DNA from: an uncultured Planctomycetaceae bacterium
GTDB lineage: Bacteria > Planctomycetota > Planctomycetia > Isosphaerales > Isosphaeraceae
DNA length: 64,000 nt
Reading direction: 5' to 3'
NCBI GenBank assembly: GCA_963833985.1
Contig: CAWIAD010000001.1
Span: forward strand, 2,560,001 to 2,624,000
Below, in pieces: positions 46,101 to 55,660 of the stretch (positions are counted from its first letter, which is position 1; each line of letters opens with the position of its first letter). The position numbers were made by a program, and so were the translations under genes. A model generated the notes under the pieces. The model worked only from the letters and a program-made list of their open reading frames with translations. It made no database searches and had not been told where the DNA came from.

Positions 46101-48793
46101 ATGGCGAATCCGACGATTTCCCGGCCGGAATGGAGCACGGTGATCGATCCCGTGCTCCAGAAGGAACTCGAGCAGCATGTCCTCGTGACCTCGTGGGACA
46201 AGCTGCTGGGTATGGTCGACACTGTGTACAACTGGGGACGGCGATCGAGCCTCTGGCCGCTGGGCTTCGGGCTGGCCTGCTGTGCCATCGAGATGATCTG
46301 CACCGCCTCCAGCCGGTTCGATATCGCCCGCTTCGGCGCCGAGGTCTTCCGCGGCTCGCCGCGCCAGGCCGACCTGATGATCGTCTCGGGCACCGTGACC
46401 AAGACGATGATGCCCATGATCGCGCGGCTCTACGACCAGATGCCCGAGCCCAAGTACGTGATCTCGATGGGCGCCTGCGCCACCGGCGGAGGGCCGTTCA
46501 AGGAGGGATACAACGTCGTCTCCGGGATCGACAAGTTCCTCCCGGTCGACGTCTACATTCCCGGCTGCCCGCCCACTCCGCAGGCGCTGCTGAACGGCCT
46601 GATCATGCTCCAGAAGAAGATCGACGGCGAGCACATCACGAATTCGCCGTGGTATCGCAACGACGTCGAGCGCGACGTGCCGATCCCGATTCTGGGGCCG
46701 GACCTCGTCGACCTGCGCACCGTGGAGCTGGCCGCCGAGCGGACGGCCCAGGGGGCAGTCGAGGCGCGTGAGGCCGAGCTGCCCAAGCCGCCCAAGATCC
46801 CGGCGCCACAGTCCGAGGTCGAGGCCCAGTCCGATGGGCAGGCGCCCTCCGGCAATGGGACAGCCGCACCGGCGGTCAGGCCGCTCAGCAAGATTGACAT
46901 GATCCGCGCCAAGGCGCGGGGCGAGGCCGTGCCCGGCGCCGGCTCGGCGGCCGCACCAGCACCGGCACCGGCGGCGCCCGCACCGGCGGCGAAACCCGGC
47001 AAGAAGGGCAAGCGTGCCGTGGCCCGGCCGAGCCTGGTCTGGCTGGGTGACGAGGGACTCAAAGCGCTGGCCGCGCGGATCGACACGGAGCTCGGCGCCG
47101 GGACCGCCGCGATCGTCCAGGCCGGCCTGCTCATCCCCGCCGAGAAGCTCATCGCGACCGCCCTCTACCTGCGCGACCGGAACCCGATCCGCTACGACTA
47201 TCTGGCCAGCCTGCAAAGCGTCCACTACGAGGACTGTATCGAGGTCAACTACCAGCTTGATAGCACCTCTAGCCCCGGCAGCCTCATCGAGCTGCGGGTG
47301 CGCACCGCCGAGGCCGAAGGGCAGGGGGAGGTCCCATCGCTCTACGACGTCTATCGCGGGGCCGACTTCCAGGAGCGCGAGGTCTACGACATGATGGGCG
47401 TGCGCTTCATCGGCCACCCCGAGCTGAAGCGCATCCTCATGTGGGAAGAGTACGCGTATTACCCGCTGCGCAAGGACTTCCTCGAACCTTACTACGAAGC
47501 CCCCGCCAAGGTCTTCCCGAGCCGGGTCGAGGAGGGTTTCGGCCAGCACTTCCGCGCCGAGGAAATCAGCCCCCACGGGACGAATTTCAAGGTGCCGCAG
47601 GGCTATACCGACTGGGCCAGCCTCTCCAGCAATTCCGACCCCAAGGGCGAGCCGCTCATGCCCGGCGGCGTCGAGGTACACGAGCTTGACACCGACCAGT
47701 TCGTTGTCAGCATGGGGCCCCAGCACCCGAGCACGCACGGCGTATTCCGGCTCAACCTGCGGGTCGACGGCGAGACGATCGTCGGCCTCAAGCCTGTGAT
47801 GGGGTACATGCACCGCAATCACGAGAAGATCGGCGAACGGAACACGTTCCTCATGAACTTCCCGTTCACCGACCGGCTCGACTACCTCACCAGCATGGGC
47901 AACAACTTCGGCTATGCCCTGGCTGTCGAGCAGCTCATGGGCGACGACGCGAAGCCGCCGGAACGGGCCGAGTACATCCGCGTGATCATGGCTGAGCTCA
48001 CCCGCATCGCCAGCCACATGTGGTCCGTCGGGTTCCTGCTCAATGACCTGGGCGCCTTCTTACCCCCGCGCTCTATGCCATCGAGGAGCGCGAGCTCATC
48101 CTGGACCTTTTCGAGTGGGCCGCGGGCAGCCGCATGATGTGCAATTACTTCCGGTTCGGTGGCGTGGCCTTCGACCTACCTCCCGGCTGGCTGGAGCGCT
48201 GCCGCGGCATCGTCAACGACCGCATCGACAGGAAGATCGATGAGCTCGACCGCTACCTATCGAAGAACGAGATCGTGCTCGACCGCTGCAAGGGCGTGGG
48301 CGTGCTCACGGCCGAGCAGGCGATCGGCTTCTCGACGGCCGGCCCGGTGCTGCGTGCCTCGAACGTCGCTTACGACATCCGCCGCGCCGCGCCTTACGGC
48401 ATCTACGATCGGTTCAGCTTCGACGTCATCACCGGCATGAACGGCGACCTGTACGACCGGTACTACGTCCGCCTGCTCGAGATGCGCGAGAGCGCGAAGA
48501 TTCTCAAGCAGGCGGTGCGCGACATCCCCGACGGCCCCATCCTTCCCGGCAAGAAGAGCTACCAGATCAAGGTTCCCGCCGGCGAGGCCTATTCCCGCGT
48601 GGAGAACCCCAAGGGCGAGCTGGGTTTCTACGTGGTCGCCGACGGCTCCGGCACAGCCTACCGCTACCACGTCCGCAGTCCCAGCTTCATCAACCTGACC
48701 GCGCTCGAGCAGATGTGCCTGGGCCACACCATCGCCGACGTCGTCGGCATCCTCGGCAGCCTCGATATCGTGCTCGGCGAGGTGGATCGGTGA
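46101..48793 (+). CDS. nuoBCD: NADH-quinone oxidoreductase fused subunits B/C/D (frameshift at about 48060)
   Basis: NuoB ([37 protein letters not shown]), Pro/Ala linker, NuoC ([24 protein letters not shown]), NuoD ([21 protein letters not shown]). Adding one T at TTCTTACC restores [15 protein letters not shown]. Confidence 0.93.
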
Positions 48794-48800
48794 TGGGCGG

Positions 48801-48975
48801 TAGGCAGTCGGCAGTGGGCACTTTGTAGGGTGGGTCGAGCCGCGGGCGAGGCCCACCAGGGCGGCAGTGGGCAGGCGACAGTGGGCAGTTTGTAGGGTGG
48901 GTCGAGCCGCAGGCGAGGCCCACCAAGGCGGCAGTGGGCAGCTTGTAGGCCCACCAGGGCGGCAGTGGGCAGTGG
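48801..48975. repeat. GTAG-type REP-like repeats embedded in GGCAGTG heptamer repeats
   Basis: GTAGGGTGGGTCGAGCCGC(G/A)GGCGAGGCCCACC at 48825 and 48892, truncated copy at 48945; multiple GGCAGTG(G) units. Confidence 0.85.
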
Positions 48976-48987
48976 AGAGGAACCGGA

Positions 48988-49068
48988 GGACAGGCATTCT
49001 TGCCTGTCAAGAGGAAGGGGGGACAGGCATTCCCGAGGAAGGGGAGGACAGGCATTCTTGCCTGTCAA
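48988..49068. repeat. Palindromic REP-like repeats
   Basis: GACAGGCA-TTCT-TGCCTGTC at 48989 and 49047, half copy at 49021. Confidence 0.85.
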
Positions 49069-49707
49069 GAGTAGGCAGCAGGGCATGCGTTGTGGGCTGC
49101 GAGCTTTGGGCTGAGGTAAGCAGAACAGCAATGGTCGACAACGGAGCGCTCGGAGGATGAGATGGGGAATCGTAGGCTCGGCTTCCCCTTCTGTGTGCTC
49201 CGAGATCGCAGTGGTCGATGGCTTCTGTGAGTTGCAGGAATCTCGGGTGTGCGTCTCTGGGCCGACTGTCTGGCCGAGGCTGTCGCAGGCGGCCTGCCCC
49301 CATGGATCGCCGGCGGGCCTGTGGTTCGGGCCGCACCAACTGGGCCTGACGGCCGACAAGGACTGCACGCGACGAGCGAAGGCCTCAACCAGTCCTGTCG
49401 CCGGGCCCGGTCGCCTATGCTCTCTGCCGACTCGTGGCTGTCGACCGACTCCTGACCCTTCCGGGTCGGGTTGCAGTGGATCAAGTCGCGGGGAGTCGCG
49501 GGCAGTCGGCAGTGGACGGCGGGCATTCGGCAGTAGACAATCGCTGGTGCAGACCCATCCGTGGGGCGATCCGCGGTCTTGTTTTCATCAGACATCGTCG
49601 TGGGCCAGGACAGAAAAACGACGAAATCTCTATCCAATGATTGCTTCAATTCGACTGGACGGTCACGGGTACTGGGCCACGGGCCATTGCTGCGAGGGGA
49701 AGTAGAA

Positions 49708-50421
49708 ATGCCAAGCGGTCAAGGCGTCATCCGCGGTCATCTCATCACGTTGCGGCGGTTCCTGCTCACATTCTGGCGCGATATTGCCGCGGGCAAGGGG
49801 TTCAGCCGGCGCGGGGGCGGGCACCTGATCGTTGACCTCTTCCGCAAGCCCGAGCGCGGTCATGAGCCCCGCGTCCAGCAGGATTACCGGACCGACGGGC
49901 TCTTCACGGTCGAGTACCCCGACGAGCGGCTGCCGGTCTACGAGCGGTTTCGCGTGCTGCCAATGCTCGTTTACGACACCGAGGACGGCAACGTCCGCTG
50001 CACCTCCTGTAACATCTGCGCCAAGGTGTGCCCGCCCCAGTGTATCTGGATGACTCAGGCCAAGAGTCCCAAGGGCACTGTCGTCCCGCTGCCGGAGGAC
50101 TTTTACATCGACATGGACGTCTGCATGAACTGCGGACTCTGCTCCGAGTACTGCCCGTTCGACGCCATCAAGATGGACCAGAACTTCGAGCTGTCAAACT
50201 ACGAGCGCCACCAGACGCATATCTACAGCCTCCAGGACTTGCTCGTCTCCAGCGAGTACTACGCGAAGACACACCCTGAAGCCTGGGCAAGCAGCGACGA
50301 GACGACCGAGCGCGGCAAGGTGGCCAAGAAGAAGGACCAGCGGCTTCAGAAAGCACTCGGCGGTGGCAAACCAGCGCCCGCCGCGCCAGCCAGGCCGGCA
50401 CCGCAGCCTGCCAAGGCCTAG
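49708..50421 (+). CDS. nuoI: NADH-quinone oxidoreductase subunit I
   Basis: TVEYPDER, CTSCNICAKVCP and CMNCGLCSEYCPFDAI 2x[4Fe-4S] motifs; GAGGGG RBS. Confidence 0.9.
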   Translation: MPSGQGVIRGHLITLRRFLLTFWRDIAAGKGFSRRGGGHLIVDLFRKPERGHEPRVQQDYRTDGLFTVEYPDERLPVYERFRVLPMLVYDTEDGNVRCTSCNICAKVCPPQCIWMTQAKSPKGTVVPLPEDFYIDMDVCMNCGLCSEYCPFDAIKMDQNFELSNYERHQTHIYSLQDLLVSSEYYAKTHPEAWASSDETTERGKVAKKKDQRLQKALGGGKPAPAAPARPAPQPAKA

Positions 50422-50663
50422 CTTCGTCACTCGGCGGCAAGGAAGGCCGACGAGCGGAAACTCTCTGATTGCCAGCCACGCGACGCGACCCGACTCGTCT
50501 CTGCGCTCGAATGAAGCTGTGCGTGCCTGCGCGCCGCAGGCAAAATCAGAAGGCCGCAGTCACTTTGAGGTACCAACTCGACAGTGATTTGTTAGAATAG
50601 GTAATTCACGCGAGCTAGACGGCTTTGACCTCCCAGTGACGTTGCAACGGGCGAGAACGATCC

Positions 50664-52193
50664 ATGATCGAATTCAATCAGCCGTGGAAAGTGGTGGGAC
50701 TGTGGCTGCGGGGTAAGGCAAGCACTCGCAAGAGTCGGCCGGTGCGCTCCGGTGTCGAGTACGCGATGTCTGGATGGGAATCGCTCGAGAGCCGGGAGCT
50801 TCTCAGCACGACGCAGACGTTCGAGGGAACGGGTGGTACAAACTACAGTCTCCAGCAGGTGGCTGGTCCACCGCAGGCCACGATTCTCAGTGGTGGACCG
50901 ACGGGCAATTTCCTGCGGCTTGCCACGACGCCGACTAGCCCGGTCGTCGGCAACAACAACTCGATCTCGTTCGTGACCAGTGACACGGGAGCCTTCAACG
51001 AGGCCACCGCGGCCTGGGACTTTCGTGTGACTCCTACCGCGGCGGGCGGGAACGGTGTTGGGATGTCGTTCGCGCTCTTGAATACAACGAATTATGGAAC
51101 CAGCGGCCAGGCGGCAAGCATCGCGCCGCAGCAGGGAATCTACGACGGCTCACTGGCCTTCGGGTTCGACACGACCAACGATCTCGTCTATCTCAGCCTG
51201 AACTCGGCGATCGTCACGGGAGCAAACCTGACGGGGACGCTGAACCTGGCAAGCGGGGTATTCATTCACGCCCAGGCCCAGATCAACTTCGAGGCGGCCA
51301 CGGTCTCACTGGTTCTCACGCCGACAGGCGGTTCAGCAGTCACGGTGTTCAACTCGACGACGGTCTCCGGTCTCGGACCCTATCAGTCGCGTGTCAGCTT
51401 CCAGGCCGACAACTCCACCACCTCGTACGCTGACTTTGACCTGGACAACGTCAGCGTCGTCTACAGCGGTGCCCGACTGGCGGGCACCATCTCGTTCAGC
51501 TCGAGCTCCTACGCGGTCTACGAGAATCAGCCGCAGGCCCTGATCACCATCGCTCGCACGGGCGGAACGGCGGGTACTTTCACGGTCAATTTCGTGTCAG
51601 CGGATGGTAGCGCGAGAAACGGTGTCAATTACGAATCGGTAGCCGGCTTCGTGACCTTCCCCGATGGTGTGGCCAGCCAGACCATCGCCATCCCGATCAT
51701 CGATGATCACCTGTCCGACGGCAACAAGCTCGTCAACCTGTACATCGGCAATCCGCAGCAGAACGCGCCGATTGCCAGCCCGATCGTGGCCACGCTGACG
51801 ATTGTCAATACCGATCCGCCGGCTCCCACGGTCTCGCCCTCGGTGCAGGCCATTTATCTGCCACACACGCGGCGAGTCGAGGCCTTTCGCTTGCAGTTCA
51901 GCCAGCCCATGAACGCGGCGTCAGCGACGAATCTGTCAAATTACGAGGTACTGCTCCCGCCGGCGCGGCGGAACGGCCCGGTCCGCCTGGTGACATTGAC
52001 GCAGGCCGTGCTTGACCCCAGCGGCATGGTCGTGACCCTGACGCGGGCGAACCTGGCCCAGCACCTCACGAGGTATGTCCGGATCGTCGTGCGGGGCAAG
52101 CCGACAACCGGTCTGATCAGCTCGAGTGGTACGTTCCTGGCCGGCACGGGCGGCGTCTCGGGGACGGATGCGGCGCTCGTCGTCTCGTCGTGA
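50664..52193 (+). CDS. Extracellular protein: planctomycete LEPR-XLL-like motif, lectin-like beta region, Calx-beta domain
   Basis: ESLESRELLS motif; ISFSSSSYAVYEN...ITIARTGG...DGSARNGVNY...IPIIDD Calx-beta; C-terminal LQFSQPMNAASATNLSNY domain. Confidence 0.8.
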   Translation: MIEFNQPWKVVGLWLRGKASTRKSRPVRSGVEYAMSGWESLESRELLSTTQTFEGTGGTNYSLQQVAGPPQATILSGGPTGNFLRLATTPTSPVVGNNNSISFVTSDTGAFNEATAAWDFRVTPTAAGGNGVGMSFALLNTTNYGTSGQAASIAPQQGIYDGSLAFGFDTTNDLVYLSLNSAIVTGANLTGTLNLASGVFIHAQAQINFEAATVSLVLTPTGGSAVTVFNSTTVSGLGPYQSRVSFQADNSTTSYADFDLDNVSVVYSGARLAGTISFSSSSYAVYENQPQALITIARTGGTAGTFTVNFVSADGSARNGVNYESVAGFVTFPDGVASQTIAIPIIDDHLSDGNKLVNLYIGNPQQNAPIASPIVATLTIVNTDPPAPTVSPSVQAIYLPHTRRVEAFRLQFSQPMNAASATNLSNYEVLLPPARRNGPVRLVTLTQAVLDPSGMVVTLTRANLAQHLTRYVRIVVRGKPTTGLISSSGTFLAGTGGVSGTDAALVVSS

Positions 52194-52411
52194 AGCTGGG
52201 CCCGGCGGCCCCACCACGGCGGGACGCCCCGCGGAACGGCGGCGGCGCGGGCATCGGCGCCGCGCCGGACTGAGGTCTTGCCGCGCGGGGAAATGCTCCT
52301 TAAGATGATCGCTCTGAACTGTCCGCGGCGTGCTTGCGCGGCACCATCCAGGGCTTTCGATACGGTCCTGGCGCGACGCACCGCCCTGGAGCCCTGGCCA
52401 CGAAGCTCACC

Positions 52412-52684
52412 ATGATTCCGACACCCCCGCAGCCCACATACGCGCACGGAACCCGGCTTCGCATCACCCAGCATGTGCGCGTGGGCCACCGCCGCTGGCT
52501 GACCCGCGTCGAGGGCGTGGTCGAAGGCGAGAGCCGGCGGCCGGTGGGGGGCATCGAGATGGGGGGCAAGGCGTCCTACTGCCAGCAGGGCACCATCCGC
52601 CTCCGGCGCGACGACGGAGAGATCACCGAGGTGGCCGTCGACGCGGAAACCACTGTGGAGACCGTCGACGCCGCATCCGCGTGA
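52412..52684 (+). CDS. Small beta-rich hypothetical protein directly upstream of nuoA
   Basis: 90-aa ORF with good coding bias, ends 43 bp before nuoA on the same strand. Confidence 0.7.
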   Translation: MIPTPPQPTYAHGTRLRITQHVRVGHRRWLTRVEGVVEGESRRPVGGIEMGGKASYCQQGTIRLRRDDGEITEVAVDAETTVETVDAASA

Positions 52685-52727
52685 TCGCGGCCGTCGGCGA
52701 CTCCTCGAGACGAAAGAGCCCTTTCTC

Positions 52728-53087
52728 ATGGTTATCAACAGTTATATCTTCATCGGCGTGCTGCTCCTGGTAGCGATCACCTTCGGCGTGCTGCCGATTC
52801 TCGTGGTGGCGATCGTGGCCCCCCGGAAGAAGTCGCTGGCCAAGGGAGACACCTACGAGTGCGGCGTGCGTACCTACGGCGAGACCTGGGTGCGGTTCCG
52901 GATCCAGTATTACATCTACGCGCTCATGTTCGTGGTGTTCGACATCGAGACGGTCTTCCTCTATCCCTGGGCCGTGAGCTACGCCGGCCTGGGAGCGTTC
53001 GCACTGGTGGAGATGATCGTCTTCCTGGTGATCCTGGCGGTCGGTCTGGCCTACGCGTGGGCCAAGGGGGTCTTGCGGTGGGTTTGA
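52728..53087 (+). CDS. nuoA: NADH-quinone oxidoreductase subunit A
   Basis: TYECG, YYIYALMFVVFDIETVFLYPWA, YAWAKGVLRW. Confidence 0.96.
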   Translation: MVINSYIFIGVLLLVAITFGVLPILVVAIVAPRKKSLAKGDTYECGVRTYGETWVRFRIQYYIYALMFVVFDIETVFLYPWAVSYAGLGAFALVEMIVFLVILAVGLAYAWAKGVLRWV

Positions 53088-53110
53088 CAGGTTTTCCGCT
53101 GGCCGTGGAC

Positions 53111-54367
53111 ATGCCGTACTGGCCGTCGCAGCAACTCGTGGAGCTGAACTGGACGACCATCATCGTCTGGGCGCTCTGGCTGCTGGTCGGCTTCTTCGGG
53201 ATCTTCCCGGGGATCGTGGCCTACATGGTGTGGCTGGAGCGGAAGGTGGCGGCGCGGTTCCAGGACCGGATCGGCCCGAACCGTGTGGGGCCGCTGGGTC
53301 TCTTGCAGCCCATCGCCGACGCCATCAAGCTGATTACCAAGGAAGACATCGTCCCTCGCGGCGCGGACCGCTGGGTGCATCTGGCCGCGCCGGTGCTGGT
53401 GATCGTGTCCTCGTTCCTGGTGATGGCGGTGATCCCCTTCGCGGTGGGTCTGGTTCCGGTGGATCTCCCCTCGGGGCTGGTCTACCTGATCGCCGTCTCC
53501 AGCATCAGCCCGCTGGGCATCTTCCTGGCCGGCTGGTCCAGCCGCAACAAGTACTCGCTGCTGGGAGCCATGCGGGCGGTAGCGCAGCTTGTCTCGTACG
53601 AGGTGCCGCAGGTCCTCTCCACCATCCCCATCGTGCTCTGGGCCGGCAGCCTGAGCCTGGTGACGATCTTTGGCCGGCAGGTGGAGTTCGGCTGGTTCGT
53701 CTGCTCGCCCCCCGGTTTCCTGGCGTTTGTGGTCCTCCTGATTGCCAGCACGGCCGAGGTGAACCGAACGCCCTTCGACCTGCCCGAGGCCGAGTCCGAG
53801 ATCATCGCCGGCTACCACACCGAGTACTCGAGCATGCGGTTTGGCCTCTTCTTCCTTGCCGAGTACCTGAGCGTCTTCGCGATCAGCTGCCTGGCCACGG
53901 CGCTCTTTCTGGGCGGGGGCACGCCGTTGCCGTTCGTCGATTTCCCGACCAACCTGATCAGCGAGGACTCGACACTCTCGCTGGTGCTCGCCGACCTGGT
54001 CCTGGTCACGGTGTTCTCGCTCAAGGTGCTGACGTTCATCTTCATCATGTTCTGGGTGCGGGCCACGCTGCCGCGGATGCGGGTGGACCGGCTGATGAAC
54101 TTCGCCTGGAAGTACCTCGTGCCGCTGTCCATTGCCAACATCCTGATCGCGGGGATCTGGTACGAGATGGTCATCCGCCCGGGTTACCTGACCCTCGGCA
54201 ACTGGTTGAAGGGCTTCACGGTGACGGGCATACTGGTGGTCCTCACCGTTTATGTGGTTTTTCTGTTCAATCGCCTGGCAACCGCCCGGGTGCCGCTGGG
54301 GTCGGAATGGCCAAGCGTGGGCCATTTGCGAGCCGGCGACCCGGTCAGCCACGCGGTGCGATCCTGA
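53111..54367 (+). CDS. nuoH: NADH-quinone oxidoreductase subunit H
   Basis: WLERKVAARFQDRIGPNRVGPLGLLQPIADAIKL, NRTPFDLPEAESE, EYSSMRF, RATLPRMRVD. Confidence 0.96.
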   Translation: MPYWPSQQLVELNWTTIIVWALWLLVGFFGIFPGIVAYMVWLERKVAARFQDRIGPNRVGPLGLLQPIADAIKLITKEDIVPRGADRWVHLAAPVLVIVSSFLVMAVIPFAVGLVPVDLPSGLVYLIAVSSISPLGIFLAGWSSRNKYSLLGAMRAVAQLVSYEVPQVLSTIPIVLWAGSLSLVTIFGRQVEFGWFVCSPPGFLAFVVLLIASTAEVNRTPFDLPEAESEIIAGYHTEYSSMRFGLFFLAEYLSVFAISCLATALFLGGGTPLPFVDFPTNLISEDSTLSLVLADLVLVTVFSLKVLTFIFIMFWVRATLPRMRVDRLMNFAWKYLVPLSIANILIAGIWYEMVIRPGYLTLGNWLKGFTVTGILVVLTVYVVFLFNRLATARVPLGSEWPSVGHLRAGDPVSHAVRS

Positions 54368-54433
54368 AGCTGCGGGCGCGGGTGGCGCGAGACGATCAAC
54401 GGTCTGGAGATTCGAGCGAATCGGAGAGAGCCC

Positions 54434-55123
54434 GTGATTCAGTACGTTTTCCTGCTGATCGCCGCCCTGGGCCTGCTTACGGCGCTCGGCGCCGTGCTGG
54501 CTCGCAACTTGGTGCACGCCGCGCTCTTCCTGGTGGCCTTCTTCTTCACGATCGCCTGCCAGTTCGTGCTCCTGGAGGCCGAGTTCCTGGCCGCGCTGCA
54601 AGTGCTGGTCTACATCGGCGCGGTGGCGATCATCCTGATGTTCGGCATCATGCTCACCCGCAACATCCAGGGAGACGACACCACGATCGTCGTCGGCGGA
54701 TGGAAGGTTCCAGCCCTCATCGCTGGTCTCTGCATCTTCGCGATCCTCTGCTTCGGCATCAACAATGCCGTGGCTCCCGCCGCCCGGAGCGCCTGGTCGG
54801 AGGCGAACGTCCGGCCGTCGATCGCGGCCGACGCCGGCTCGGACAGGGCGACGGTGCAGCGCCGCGAGGCCGTGAACAACATGGCCCGCACCGTGGGCAA
54901 CGAGCTCATGACGCGCTACGTCGTGGCCTTCGAGGTCGCCGGGCTGCTGCTCACGGTCGCCCTGGTGGGGGCGATCGCGCTGGCCCACCGAGAAGAGGAT
55001 GATCCGGGTGTCAGCCCGGCTGGCGGCCGGCTCGTGAAGCAGGCCGCCGGGACAGGACCGGCTACGGCGCCTGGCGCCAGCCTGGTGGTCGGCAGCGGCG
55101 CTCCCGGAACCAAGGCTCTCTGA
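54434..55123 (+). CDS. nuoJ: NADH-quinone oxidoreductase subunit J
   Basis: RNLVHAALFL, AEFLAALQVLVYIGAVAIILMFGIML, FEVAGLLLTVALVGAI. Confidence 0.95.
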   Translation: MIQYVFLLIAALGLLTALGAVLARNLVHAALFLVAFFFTIACQFVLLEAEFLAALQVLVYIGAVAIILMFGIMLTRNIQGDDTTIVVGGWKVPALIAGLCIFAILCFGINNAVAPAARSAWSEANVRPSIAADAGSDRATVQRREAVNNMARTVGNELMTRYVVAFEVAGLLLTVALVGAIALAHREEDDPGVSPAGGRLVKQAAGTGPATAPGASLVVGSGAPGTKAL

Positions 55124-55141
55124 CCTGATTGCGAGACTCCC

Positions 55142-55471
55142 ATGGCATCCGACATTCCGCTGAGCTGGTTCCTCTACTTCGCCGCGGCGTCCTTTTCGAT
55201 CGGGCTGGTTGGCGTGCTGCTGCGGCGCAACGCCATCGCCGTGCTGATGGCCATCGAGATCATGCTCAATGCCGCGAACGTGAACCTGGTAGCCTTCTGG
55301 CGATATGGCACGGCACCGCCGAACGCCGGTCCCTTGCCGGGGGTCATCCTTGCCCTGTTCGTGATCACCGTGGCCGCCGCCGAGGTTGCGGTGGGCATCG
55401 GCATGATCTTGCTGTGCTACCGCCGCTGGCACGCCGCCGACGTGGACCGCTATGACAGTATGTCGGGGTAG
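55142..55471 (+). CDS. nuoK: NADH-quinone oxidoreductase subunit K
   Basis: RRNAIAVLMAIEIMLNAANVNLVAF, VAAAEVAVG. Confidence 0.96.
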   Translation: MASDIPLSWFLYFAAASFSIGLVGVLLRRNAIAVLMAIEIMLNAANVNLVAFWRYGTAPPNAGPLPGVILALFVITVAAAEVAVGIGMILLCYRRWHAADVDRYDSMSG

Positions 55472-55660
55472 TGGCCGTGCACAGTGGGAAAGGCCGTCGA
55501 CTCGTGAGCTTGACTTGCAAAGCTGTCACGATGGCTTGAACATTCGTCTGCATCCTGCACAGAAGAGTCTCTTCACGGCCACAGCCTGGCGGCGACTGGC
55601 CTTCGCGATCACTGGCCGATGGCTGCTGGCCACTGGCCACCCGGAATCCGAGTAAGCCCA

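Noticed and set aside
48050..48070. Programmed ribosomal frameshifting in nuoD or the other split genes
   Set aside because: No canonical slippery heptamer or shared motif; scattered indels are better explained by sequencing error.
46101..50421. Group 4 [NiFe]-hydrogenase instead of complex I
   Set aside because: The large subunit lacks both Ni-binding CxxC motifs (it has DRLDY and [10 protein letters not shown]), and NuoB has the complex I tandem CC motif.
45945..55432. Long antisense ORFs (45945-48017, 53051-55432 and many similar ones across the window)
   Set aside because: Shadow ORFs opposite well-identified genes in high-GC DNA, with no family motifs.
55471..55660. Remnant of nuoL/nuoM or an IS scar between nuoK and nuoN
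   Set aside because: No antiporter-like coding trace; only a 9-bp inverted repeat (GTGGCCGTG / CACGGCCAC), which could be chance in GC-rich DNA.
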